Shown here: piece after piece, positions 42,822 through 51,697 of the stretch | How the letters are laid out: each line of letters starts with the position of its first letter | How positions within the stretch are numbered: the stretch's first letter is position 1 | Assembly: GCA_030706015.1 (NCBI GenBank) | Contig: JAUZPI010000003.1 | Span: 7,004-71,003 of the forward strand | Source of the DNA: Bacillota bacterium | Lineage (GTDB): Bacteria > Bacillota > Clostridia > Clostridiales > Clostridiaceae | Reading direction: 5' to 3' | Length of the DNA: 64,000 nt | Position numbers and translations under genes: made by a program | The notes under the pieces: generated by a model | The model's input: only the letters and a program-made list of their open reading frames with translations | What the model was told of the DNA's origin: nothing | The model's database searches: none

Positions 42822-44780
42822 TTAAGCTACCTCGCTTTCTTTACTTTCAACTTTTAGTTTTTTATCTTCACTCACGATAAGGTTTATAATTTGTGAGTTA
42901 CATTCCAATATTTCATTTACGCTTTCACGGTTATCTATGAATATTGGAGCTGATACACTATAGTGCTCAGATAAGGCATTTATGATATCCAGTCCAGCAT
43001 TTATTTGACTTGCAGTATTTGCGTTTGAAAATGGAACACCGTTAATTAAGGCTTCACAAGTTTCAACTAGACCGCCATTCACTTGGGTATCGAATAATTT
43101 AAAACTTACAAATTTAAACTTACTGTTTATGCTGCTTTCCAATAATTCAACCTTGGTTTTGATATACTCTTCGCACATAAACTCTTGTCCTTCTATCTCA
43201 GCTATTTGTTGAGCGAGTGCCTTTTCTTCTTCTTCCAGTTCAATTACCCTAGCCTTAAACTTTTCATTTTGCTCTTTATAAGTCAGTTGGCTATTAACCT
43301 CATGTAGTTCGTTTTGTAGTGCAGATTTCTTACCCTTTAACTCATTTAGCTGAGCATTAGCTTCTGCTGGCTGAGCGTGTTTAGTTTCTAATTCCTCTAT
43401 TTGATTTTTGATTTTTCTATGTTCAGGATATGATCCTAAATTTATAACTGGTTCAAATTTATCTACTAGGACCTTTCTTTCTACTACCACCTCCCTAACT
43501 TCTGCTAACTTGGTTTCAATGGAAGTTTTTTCAGCTGCCAAACTTTTCAACTCTGCTTTGATACCTTCTAATCTCCCCTTTTGCTTCTTTCCAGTATCAT
43601 TTATTTCACTTAGTTTTTTAGCTTTATTAAGATTAAAGTTTTCTGTCATTTCATGCTTCTTATCTTCAACATCATGTTCCTCGAATGGTCTTTTGCATGT
43701 AGGACAAATAAAGCTATCCTCAGGAATTACCAGCGTTTCTTGGTTGATTCTGTTCCATTTTTCTCTTAGGTCGATAATCTCTTTCTCTAGGTCAGTAATT
43801 TGAGTTTCTTTAGGTTGAATTTTATAAGTTATTCTAGCAAGTTGATTATTCAAGCTATTCTCTTCATCAAGCGCTTGATTTAGTTCTGCTCTAAGCTGCT
43901 TGAGTGGTAGTTCTGCATCTTCTCTTGCTTTATATTCAATATCTCTTAGTTTTGATTTAAGGCTGTATAGTCTGTCTTTTTCTTTAAGGAGTTCATCATT
44001 GATCTTTGAACTATCTAAAAGCTGCTCCTCAACACTTTGTATTTGAGTGATTATCCCTTGTTTTCTTACTTCTAGCGCTCCAAAATCCAAATCCTTTATA
44101 GAGTTATTACATTCATCAATTCTTATAGGAATAGCCTTTATGTCATCATTTAACTTTTTCTTTTTGGCTGCTATGGATTTCTTAAGAGTGTCTACATCCT
44201 TATCTTTCAATAGGATTTCTAAACCCTTTAGACTGCTCTTATAATTAAGTATTCTGTCCTGGGATACATCGCCAATAATGTCTATAATCAGATTTCTTCT
44301 ATCTTGCCACTTCATATTTGAACTAAAATACAAAGGATTGCTAAGAAGTTTGAAGAGCTGTTCATCTATGATGTCGTTAATTCTCTCTTGGAACTCTGAT
44401 TTTTTAACTGGAACTTCATCAATATAGTAAAGAGTTTCATGTCCAGTTAACTGCTTATCGGCTTCTCCCCTTTTTTTAGTCCATTTCTCCTTATAGATCT
44501 TGCTTAAAACTGTTGACCTTCCATCTATGTTCAAGGTTCCTGTCACTTCATGTTCTAGACCGTGAATTACATTGTTATTTTCATCTAAGGTCTTAATTTC
44601 AAAGTCCTTACGGTCCTGGCTGTCTTTATCAAATAACAGATAAGTAAAAGCATCAAATACAGTAGTTTTACCTGTTCCGTTATCTCCAAGGATGTCAGTT
44701 AACTTTGAAAAGTCTATGTTTAATTCCCATATTCCTTTAAAGTTTTTCAGTTTTAAATTTTCTAGTAGAATTTTACTCAC
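42822..44780 (-). CDS. Rad50/SbcC-like AAA ATPase with a long coiled coil and a CxxC hook
   Basis: Walker A GDNGTGKTT, central coiled coil with FICPTCKRPF, and C-terminal PIFIDNRES (Walker B/D-loop-like). Confidence 0.75.
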   Translation of the reverse strand: MSKILLENLKLKNFKGIWELNIDFSKLTDILGDNGTGKTTVFDAFTYLLFDKDSQDRKDFEIKTLDENNNVIHGLEHEVTGTLNIDGRSTVLSKIYKEKWTKKRGEADKQLTGHETLYYIDEVPVKKSEFQERINDIIDEQLFKLLSNPLYFSSNMKWQDRRNLIIDIIGDVSQDRILNYKSSLKGLEILLKDKDVDTLKKSIAAKKKKLNDDIKAIPIRIDECNNSIKDLDFGALEVRKQGIITQIQSVEEQLLDSSKINDELLKEKDRLYSLKSKLRDIEYKAREDAELPLKQLRAELNQALDEENSLNNQLARITYKIQPKETQITDLEKEIIDLREKWNRINQETLVIPEDSFICPTCKRPFEEHDVEDKKHEMTENFNLNKAKKLSEINDTGKKQKGRLEGIKAELKSLAAEKTSIETKLAEVREVVVERKVLVDKFEPVINLGSYPEHRKIKNQIEELETKHAQPAEANAQLNELKGKKSALQNELHEVNSQLTYKEQNEKFKARVIELEEEEKALAQQIAEIEGQEFMCEEYIKTKVELLESSINSKFKFVSFKLFDTQVNGGLVETCEALINGVPFSNANTASQINAGLDIINALSEHYSVSAPIFIDNRESVNEILECNSQIINLIVSEDKKLKVESKESEVA

Positions 44781-44910
44781 TTTCTTATCCCTCCATAATT
44801 TCTTTTATTTCCTCTTTATTAAGTTCACTGGTTTCCTTAACTGTCTCTCCTGTCCGGCTGTCAAATATCTCTTCTCCATCCAGTTCAATCACTTTGCCAT
44901 CCCCTCGATT

Positions 44911-45510
44911 CTATTCAGTTTCTACAAATTTACCATCTTTTAGCGTGTAGAAAATGTTTTCTTTAATAATCTCACCATCTACTTTGGTAGATTTAACATC
45001 TTTTATATGGTATTCTTCTTCATCATCATTGAACCATTCTGCTAATACAATCCAGCATCCTAGAGCACCTTTGGCTTTGCCTTCGTATCCTATAGACATA
45101 GCAACTGATTCTTTGCCTTCCACTATGGCAGCACTTCGGTATCCTGTATTAGTGGCAGCACTTTGGTCTTGATCATTAGATTCTTTTGCATTCTTCCAAT
45201 CAACTCTGTCTAAAATAAACTTAACACCAGCTTCAACAATCCCTTTAATTCCAATCTCTAATCCGATATGAAGTTTTGTAGAAGCAATCTTGCTATCTCC
45301 ATCATCTTCTTTGTCGATTTTGCCATCTGCTTCAACTTCGCAATATCTGCTATCGTTAGGTGCATAGTAGTTAAAAACATCTAACGGATACTCACAGCTG
45401 TGTAAACCTCTGTTACATACTTTTGCTTCCTGTTCCTCGTAGGTCTTACCTATCTCGTACTGCATTCCTCTGCATTGTAAATTTTTATTAAATCCTTTAA
45501 AGCTCTTCAT
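44911..45510 (-). CDS. Conserved-looking phage hypothetical protein
   Basis: 199-aa ORF. GFNKNLQCRGMQYEIGKTYE...NRGLHSCEYPLDVFNYY. Confidence 0.55.
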   Translation of the reverse strand: MKSFKGFNKNLQCRGMQYEIGKTYEEQEAKVCNRGLHSCEYPLDVFNYYAPNDSRYCEVEADGKIDKEDDGDSKIASTKLHIGLEIGIKGIVEAGVKFILDRVDWKNAKESNDQDQSAATNTGYRSAAIVEGKESVAMSIGYEGKAKGALGCWIVLAEWFNDDEEEYHIKDVKSTKVDGEIIKENIFYTLKDGKFVETE

Positions 45511-45563
45511 TTTTCCATCCCCTTATTTTTATAAATACTTTTTATTCCTAAACAACTTAATGC

Positions 45564-45725
45564 CTATATTCTTACGTCACCTCTATACCTACCACCTATA
45601 GTAAGTAATCTTAGGTTTCTGAATGCTGTAATAAAGCCTTGTTTGATATCACCTATCTTAACTGGAATTAGCATTTCCTCAGTGTCGAAGAACCAGTTAT
45701 TGATGGTTATAACTGAAAATATCAT
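45564..45725 (-). CDS. 53-aa hypothetical protein
   Basis: GAGGTGA SD. Peptide MIFSVITINNWFFDTEEMLIPVKIGDIKQGF... Confidence 0.4.
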   Translation of the reverse strand: MIFSVITINNWFFDTEEMLIPVKIGDIKQGFITAFRNLRLLTIGGRYRGDVRI

Positions 45726-45965
45726 CTATTCACCTCTTTCCTCAAACTCCTTCAAGTCCTCTTTATAAGCTTCATCCCAGTCGCTAAAAGACACGTCGCC
45801 TGATAGTATTTCTTCCAACGCTTGAATAGAGCAATGAATGCCTTGTAGCCGCCAGTTGTATTGACCACGTGCTTTGCTATTTAAGTCTTCATACTTTTCG
45901 GCCATGCAGTACAAATAAGCGATTTTTTTAGTGATGTTATCTTTTATATTTTCCATTACAATCAC
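45726..45965 (-). CDS. Hypothetical protein
   Basis: 79-aa ORF. Confidence 0.5.
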   Translation of the reverse strand: MIVMENIKDNITKKIAYLYCMAEKYEDLNSKARGQYNWRLQGIHCSIQALEEILSGDVSFSDWDEAYKEDLKEFEERGE

Positions 45966-46092
45966 AACCTAACTAATTTTAAATGCGCCCTCTTTAGCCA
46001 TTTTTGCAACAGTTCTAGTTAGATTTATTTCTGCTGCAGGAATGGATTCTGGATTTACAATCCTTACGTTTACCTTTACTTCTTTTACTTTT

Positions 46093-46251
46093 CTAGCCAA
46101 TTGCATCCCCCTTTCCTTTCTCAATTATTAAATTGGTAATTTTACTACATCTAGTGCATTTTATTTCAACTCTTAAGCTACCTTTCAATTTGTATTTAAA
46201 AAATAATTTATTACATGATGGACATCTAAACTCGTCATAATTTTCAAACAT
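46093..46251 (-). CDS. Mu Com-like zinc-finger protein
   Basis: GGAGGG SD. Peptide MFENYDEFRCPSCNKLFFKYKLKGSLRVEIKCTRCSKITNLI..., with a CxxC...CxxC pattern and spacing like the Com family. Hand-translated. Confidence 0.55.
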   Translation of the reverse strand: MFENYDEFRCPSCNKLFFKYKLKGSLRVEIKCTRCSKITNLIIEKGKGDAIG

Positions 46252-46312
46252 TAGAAACCCTCCAAAAGTTTAATGCCCTCATTCCCCTGTTCCACGAAAC
46301 CCTATTTAATTT

Positions 46313-46588
46313 TTAATTTTCAATTGACTCGATTTCTTTAACAATTTCAACATTGTTAAACATCCAATTTAAAGCGAATATTTTTAACTCTTCTAAATCA
46401 ATTAGTTCATCCGTTTTCTCAGAATCATTTTGTTCAAGTAATTCATCAGTTTTACCACCAGTCATATAGATATCTATCCACGGATATGTTTCTTCTTTGA
46501 TAAATTTAAAAGCTCCAACCTTAACAATTAATGAAGTGCCAGTGGTTACTGTTAAATCCGTGTCAGTAGTTCTAATTTTCTTACTCAC
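46313..46588 (-). CDS. Hypothetical protein
   Basis: 91-aa ORF. Confidence 0.5.
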   Translation of the reverse strand: MSKKIRTTDTDLTVTTGTSLIVKVGAFKFIKEETYPWIDIYMTGGKTDELLEQNDSEKTDELIDLEELKIFALNWMFNNVEIVKEIESIEN

Positions 46589-46599
46589 TTCATCACCTC

Positions 46600-47412
46600 C
46601 TAAGCAATTTTGTATTTGATAGCCATTTCTTTGGCTATTGCTGTATAAATTTCGATAAGCTTCTTATCTTCTGCGATTACATCTAAGTAATTCAAATTAT
46701 CTATTTTTGTTTTTGTAGCACCTTCTAATGCTAATCTTCCTCTCATATTCTTCAACCTAACTTTTAAATCGCAAGAAGCACGTTCTTGGAGCGCTTTATA
46801 GATTTCATCCTTAGGCTTCTGATAATCTTTGAGCTTGTAGCATATTTTAGTTATAAGAGAGTTTGTTTCACTTCTCCAATTTTGGGAAGGTCTAATTTCT
46901 ACTACTTCTCTTATATCCTCAACCTCTTGTTTAACTGCTGCAGTTTCTTGAGATGCCTTCTCTATTTGCAATCTCATATCTTTCATTTCTTGCAACTGTT
47001 GAATTAATATATCTTCTAAGCAAGTTGGCTTTTTACCTAAGAAAACTTCTGCTAATGCATCTTTTGCCTTAAGTTGATATTCAATTAACCTCTCCACAAC
47101 TTCTAGTTGCCCTGTTTTCATGCTTGGAGTAATATTAATCTTTGCTAGCCACAAAGGTAAATAATCAATATCTATTGCTATGGTTTCATTATTTGAATCA
47201 AATACCCCTGCCTCGAATTTCAAGCACCCTTTTTTAAGAACTAAATCGGTTTGAACATTTTGAACCTGTGTATCCTTTTGACTTTTACTTAATCCAACTC
47301 CTTTGCAGATATAGCTAACACCTGTGTAAATTTTGTCAGTGTTTTTGTCTTTTACTGCAACTAAATTATCACCATAAAAATTTATCTCTTTTATGATTAA
47401 GTCGTTCCTCAC
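46600..47412 (-). CDS. Antirepressor-like protein (ORF6N/KilAC-type)
   Basis: N-terminus IKEINFYGDNLVAVKDKNTDKIYTGVSYICKGVGL. Second gene of the early operon after cro. Confidence 0.5.
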   Translation of the reverse strand: MRNDLIIKEINFYGDNLVAVKDKNTDKIYTGVSYICKGVGLSKSQKDTQVQNVQTDLVLKKGCLKFEAGVFDSNNETIAIDIDYLPLWLAKINITPSMKTGQLEVVERLIEYQLKAKDALAEVFLGKKPTCLEDILIQQLQEMKDMRLQIEKASQETAAVKQEVEDIREVVEIRPSQNWRSETNSLITKICYKLKDYQKPKDEIYKALQERASCDLKVRLKNMRGRLALEGATKTKIDNLNYLDVIAEDKKLIEIYTAIAKEMAIKYKIA

Positions 47413-47462
47413 TTTTCCATCCTCTTTCTGTATTTAATTTTCAAAGAACTACATAAAATAAG

Positions 47463-47711
47463 TTAAGCAGTAGTAGTGGTGTCATTTTGTTGCAACACAC
47501 AAATTGAAAAAAAATTATCAAAGTTCTCTTTTGGAAAAGAAGCCTTGAATCCAGCTATAAATTGTTCTCCAGGGTTACTTTTGTCATTTAATACTCTCCA
47601 AAGCTGAGCTCTTGATACGCCAAGTTTTTTTGCTAAATCAGCCATGCTCAATGAGTATTTATTCATTAATTCTGTAAAATTTTTCAAATTAACTTTAAGT
47701 TGAGCTTGCAA
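47463..47711 (-). CDS. Cro-like HTH regulator
   Basis: LSMADLAKKLGVSRAQLWRVLN HTH. Divergent from the repressor gene. Confidence 0.7.
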   Translation of the reverse strand: MQAQLKVNLKNFTELMNKYSLSMADLAKKLGVSRAQLWRVLNDKSNPGEQFIAGFKASFPKENFDNFFSICVLQQNDTTTTA

Positions 47712-47866
47712 GTGTTCACCTCCTTTATTTAGTGTTGCACTTATGTGACACTCTATGTTTATATTATATACCTAAGTGTAACTTTTATGCAACACTTATT
47801 TTAAAAAAAATAATATATTTGTTTCATCTATGCAACAAATACAGTAAAATACTACTATAAGGAGGT
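47712..47866. promoter_or_regulatory. Divergent switch region with operator half-sites
   Basis: agtgttgca (47731..47739) and its complement tgcaacact (47788..47796). Related tgcaacaaa (47831..47839), agtgttcac (47711..47719) and a further related tgcaacaca inside the 3' end of cro (about 47490..47498). Confidence 0.55.
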
Positions 47867-47872
47867 TTGGGT

Positions 47873-48346
47873 ATGCTTAATAAATTAGAAACCGAATCCT
47901 TTGGTAAATATATAACAAGATTAAGAGAAAACAAAGGATATTCTCAAAGAAAATTAGCTCAAGTCACTGGTATAAGTAATACAACTATTAGCAGGATTGA
48001 GAAGGATATAACTACAAATCCTGATTTAAATACACTAAAACTATTGTCAAAATACCTAGATGTTGATGAAATATATATGCTTAAAGCTTCTGGATATAAA
48101 GATGAAAATAGTTTAGAAAAAGAAAATGCTCAACCTGAATTATCAAAAAAAGATGAAAAAGATATAGAAAAAAGACTTAAACAAGTAAAAGAAGAATTTA
48201 TGGAGCAACAAAAAGGACTAATGCTTTCTGGAGAACCAGTTTCAGAGGAAGCGCTACAAAGTATTTTAGATGCTCTTGAATTTGGTATGAAACAAGCAAA
48301 AATTATAAATAAAAAATATACTCCAAAACAATACAGAAAAGAATAG
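47873..48346 (+). CDS. CI-like XRE-family repressor (ImmR-like)
   Basis: GGAGG SD then ATG at 47873. YSQRKLAQVTGISNTTISRIEKD HTH. Confidence 0.8.
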   Translation: MLNKLETESFGKYITRLRENKGYSQRKLAQVTGISNTTISRIEKDITTNPDLNTLKLLSKYLDVDEIYMLKASGYKDENSLEKENAQPELSKKDEKDIEKRLKQVKEEFMEQQKGLMLSGEPVSEEALQSILDALEFGMKQAKIINKKYTPKQYRKE

Positions 48347-48386
48347 CTTAAAATGGGTTAATGGTCGTAAAATTGGGGGTATTAAT

Positions 48387-48827
48387 TTGAGGGGATGTAT
48401 TAAAGATAAGGTAAAGATATTAATAAAAAAATACAAAACAGAAGATCCTTTTATTATAGCTGACCTTTTACATATACATGTAATAGAATGGCCTTTGCAT
48501 GAGGAGATAAATGGACTTTATCAGTATGAGAGAAGAGAGAAGTTTATTTACATTAATTCATCTCTTCCCGACTATGTTCAGAAGGTCATTTGTGCACATG
48601 AATTAGGACATGCTATACTTCATCCTAAAACAAATTGCACATTTTTAAAAAATCATACACTATTTAATATTAACAAATATGAAAAAGAAGCAAATTTATT
48701 TGCAATAGAAATGCTTATCTCAGATGAAAAAATTGAAAATTATAAAGAGTACTCGCTACAACAGATTGCAGCTATAGAAAAAGTGCCATTAGAGATATTA
48801 AAACTCAAATTTCAAAATAAGATTTGA
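48387..48827 (+). CDS. ImmA/IrrE-family zinc metallopeptidase
   Basis: CAHELGHAILH (HExxH) directly downstream of the repressor. Confidence 0.8.
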   Translation: MRGCIKDKVKILIKKYKTEDPFIIADLLHIHVIEWPLHEEINGLYQYERREKFIYINSSLPDYVQKVICAHELGHAILHPKTNCTFLKNHTLFNINKYEKEANLFAIEMLISDEKIENYKEYSLQQIAAIEKVPLEILKLKFQNKI

Positions 48828-49006
48828 GTATTTTTTATAATATTGGCAGAAATATTTTACTATTATGTAATATGTCGTAACTTATATATTATTGTCGAAT
48901 AAAAATACGACCATTAAGAGAGCCTTTGAGCACCTACCCTTTATTTTATAGATTGGTTTGTAATTATAATTAATTATAAATATTTTTATTTTGAGGAGGA
49001 TAAATT

Positions 49007-49462
49007 ATGAACTTAGAATTAACAGGAAGACAAGGAAAAAGTATTGTTGTAGAAGGAAACACAGTTAAAATAATAAAGAAAGGTAAACTTTTCTCAGCTA
49101 AAAGAGAAAAGACCCTGCCAATAAGAAATATTTCTTCCGTTGAAGTTAAAAAGCCAGGGTTGGCAGTGGGTTTCATTCAATTTTCTATCGCTGGAGGTGT
49201 AGCAAGAGATAGTTCTGCTAAATTAACAGGTGGAGCATTTGATGCAGTAAATGATGAAAATTCAGTTATATTCGCTGATAAAAAAGCTTATGAAGTTGCA
49301 TTAAAAATCAAAGAATACATAGAATCATTTTCTGAATCAGCAGCAGTTGTTACTAAGGAATCAGCGGCTGATGAATTAGTTAAATTCAAAAAATTATTAG
49401 ATGATGGTGTTATAAATCAAGATGAATTTAACACCAAAAAGAAACAGCTACTTGGGTTATAA
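49007..49462 (+). CDS. PH-like (DUF4429-like) plus SHOCT domain protein
   Basis: C-terminus ELVKFKKLLDDGVINQDEFNTKKKQLLGL is a SHOCT pattern. Confidence 0.6.
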   Translation: MNLELTGRQGKSIVVEGNTVKIIKKGKLFSAKREKTLPIRNISSVEVKKPGLAVGFIQFSIAGGVARDSSAKLTGGAFDAVNDENSVIFADKKAYEVALKIKEYIESFSESAAVVTKESAADELVKFKKLLDDGVINQDEFNTKKKQLLGL

Positions 49463-49474
49463 AACAACTAACTA

Positions 49475-49503
49475 TTGACACTCAAACACACGTTTGTTAT
49501 ATT
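49475..49503 (+). promoter_or_regulatory. Near-consensus sigma-A promoter upstream of int
   Basis: TTGACA, 17 nt, TATATT. Confidence 0.55.
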
Positions 49504-49509
49504 ATAGAT

Positions 49510-49615
49510 AGAAACCCATAAAGACTCTTGAAGTCTATTTTGCCTTGTAAATATTAAGAGGTTCCACGAAACCCTATGCAGACTATTATTTAGTCATGTA
49601 TTGGGTTTTTTTATT
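49510..49615 (+). ncRNA. Structured ~100-nt leader or sRNA between the promoter and int
   Basis: Hairpins agact/agtct and gacta/tagtc. Two aaaccc segments (49512.., 49569..) can each pair with gggttt (49603..49608), which is followed by a T-run. Contains the 17-mer repeated at 46289..46305. Confidence 0.4.
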
Positions 49616-49635
49616 TTAATATTTTGGAGGTATAT

Positions 49636-51183
49636 ATGATAGCAGCGATATATAGTAGAAAATCAGTTATAACATGTAAAGGAGAATCTGTAGAGAATCA
49701 AATTCAGATTTGCAAAGACTATGGAAGAAATTTAGGTGTGACTGAATACCTAATTTATGAGGATGAAGGTTTCTCCGGTAAGAATACAGCAAGACCTGAG
49801 TTTCAGAAAATGTTAGAAGATGCTAAGAAGAAAAAATTTGATACTTTAATTTGTTATAGATTAGATCGTATCAGTAGAAATATAGCAGACTTTTCAGCCT
49901 TTATGGAAAGACTTGAAAAGCTAAAAATTAATTTTGTTAGTGTAAGAGAGCAATTTGACACTAGCACTCCAATGGGACGTGCTATGCTTTACATAGCTTC
50001 TGTATTTGCTCAATTGGAGCGTGAAACTATAGCTGAACGTGTTAAGGATAATATGCTCGAATTGGCTAAGACTGGCCGATGGTTGGGCGGAAATCCACCA
50101 CTTGGTTTCCAGGCTGTAAAGACAGTTGAAAAAGGTAAACCAGTGACTTATCTACAGATAATACCAGAGGAAATAGAATTGGTTAAACTAATTTTTGATA
50201 AATACCTAGAGTATAAAAGTATATATAAAGTGGTAAAATATTTAGTAACAAAAAATATTGGTATTGAGTACCGTAAATGGGGTGTGCACCCTGTTAGAAG
50301 GGTTTTGACAGCTCCAAATTATGTTATAACTAACGAAAAGGTTAAAGAATACTGTGAAGACAGAGGAATAAATATTGTTGGCGAAATGAACGGTAACGGA
50401 TTTATACCTTACAATCAAAAAACTGGTACAAACAATTTTAAACCAATGAATGAATGGGTATTTGCTACCGGAAAACATAAAGGCATTATAAAAAGCGATG
50501 ATTGGATCCTAGTGCAGGAAATGCTTGATAAAAATAAAACTAAAATGGATATTTCAAGAGGAAGTTCAAAATACTCTTACTTAACAGGTATTTTAAGATG
50601 TTCAAAATGCGGAATCAGTATGCGTGTGGCTTTAGGAAATACACCTAAAGGTAAAAGTGAAAGAACTGCTTACTACTCTTGCACAAATAAAAGTTTATAT
50701 GGGAAATGCGACAATAAAAACATTCGAAAAGATGCAATGGAAAAAGCAGTGCTTGAAAAACTCTATAATTTAAGCATAAATGAGGATGAATTTAATAAAA
50801 TATATAACACTAAATCAACATATGATATGAGTGAAATTAAAAGGATTAAGAAGTCTATTTCTAGCAATGATACTGCTATTCAAAATCTAATAAAACAAAT
50901 GGCTCTATTAAGCATAGAAGCTTCTGCATATATTACAATTGAACTAGAACGATTAAGTAAAGAAAATACTAGATTAAAGGAAGAACTATTAGGATTAGAA
51001 AGACAAAAAGAAATGCAAAACGAAAATGATTTAAAAAATCAACTTTTTTACAAGCAGCTTAAAAATTTTAAAACTTCTTTTGAAAAATGTAAAGATAACC
51101 AGCAGCGAAGATTACTAATATCAAGTGTGGTCCGTAAAATAGAATGGGATGGTGAAAATATTAATATAGAGCTATTAAATTAA
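49636..51183 (+). CDS. int: Large serine recombinase (phage integrase)
   Basis: GGAGG SD then ATG at 49636. IAAIYSRKS catalytic-Ser region, recombinase domain, zinc ribbon CSKCG...YYSC...GKC, and a C-terminal coiled coil. Confidence 0.9.
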   Translation: MIAAIYSRKSVITCKGESVENQIQICKDYGRNLGVTEYLIYEDEGFSGKNTARPEFQKMLEDAKKKKFDTLICYRLDRISRNIADFSAFMERLEKLKINFVSVREQFDTSTPMGRAMLYIASVFAQLERETIAERVKDNMLELAKTGRWLGGNPPLGFQAVKTVEKGKPVTYLQIIPEEIELVKLIFDKYLEYKSIYKVVKYLVTKNIGIEYRKWGVHPVRRVLTAPNYVITNEKVKEYCEDRGINIVGEMNGNGFIPYNQKTGTNNFKPMNEWVFATGKHKGIIKSDDWILVQEMLDKNKTKMDISRGSSKYSYLTGILRCSKCGISMRVALGNTPKGKSERTAYYSCTNKSLYGKCDNKNIRKDAMEKAVLEKLYNLSINEDEFNKIYNTKSTYDMSEIKRIKKSISSNDTAIQNLIKQMALLSIEASAYITIELERLSKENTRLKEELLGLERQKEMQNENDLKNQLFYKQLKNFKTSFEKCKDNQQRRLLISSVVRKIEWDGENINIELLN

Positions 51184-51211
51184 GAGGCCCTTTGTGGGCT
51201 TTTTTTAATGT

Positions 51212-51697
51212 CTAATTTGTGACATAACCAGATCCTACACACATCGATATTATATGTGTTCCTCCTTCCTTATCAATATATCTAAAACTAAAGGCATCGC
51301 TTGTCATTCCAAATCTATCAATCTGAATAGATTTATCAATTCTTGCAATGTTAATTTGAGTTAATTTAAAACCCTTTGGAACCTGGAGAATGCCTCTTTT
51401 TCTTGAAGTTATACCACCAGTATTATATTCATGAGCGTAGAAGGAAATGGAATTATTGCTTATATCCACAAGTATATGACCGCCTTGTTCCTTTTCTCTG
51501 CAGAACATTTTTGAATTGTTAATAAATACAAGAAATGAATTATTGAACTTGGTTGTTTCAATATTGTTTTTCATCTTATTGTAAGCCTTGGATCCAAATA
51601 CACCAATGCTGCACAGCATAGATATTATTACAATAGCTGCTGTTAGCTCTACTAGGGTGTATCCCTTGCTAACTCTATTTAACTTCATAATTGCCAC
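51212..51697 (-). CDS. Prepilin-type N-terminal cleavage/methylation domain protein (minor pseudopilin)
   Basis: KGYTLVELTAAIVIISML class III signal. Confidence 0.8.
   Translation of the reverse strand: MAIMKLNRVSKGYTLVELTAAIVIISMLCSIGVFGSKAYNKMKNNIETTKFNNSFLVFINNSKMFCREKEQGGHILVDISNNSISFYAHEYNTGGITSRKRGILQVPKGFKLTQINIARIDKSIQIDRFGMTSDAFSFRYIDKEGGTHIISMCVGSGYVTN

Larger units (their letters stand above)
2213..51211 (-). mobile_element. Integrated siphovirus-like prophage with a large serine recombinase. The right end lies just after int; the left end is uncertain (anywhere from ~4560 down to the window start).
   Basis: A contiguous set of modules: lysogeny switch, recombination, replication, late regulator, terminase, portal, capsid, tail and lysis. 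Housekeeping genes start at 51212. No att repeats are detectable, which is expected for serine recombinases. Confidence 0.6.

Noticed and set aside
46289-49577. The 17-bp direct repeat gttccacgaaaccctat as prophage att sites
   Set aside because: Both copies lie inside the prophage, only 3.3 kb apart, and they flank the lysogeny module rather than the element. A serine recombinase does not generate long direct repeats.
51184-51211. Calling attR in the 28 nt between int and the pseudopilin gene
   Set aside because: It is plausible by position, but no matching left-end half-site could be found by eye, so the site cannot be demonstrated from this window alone.
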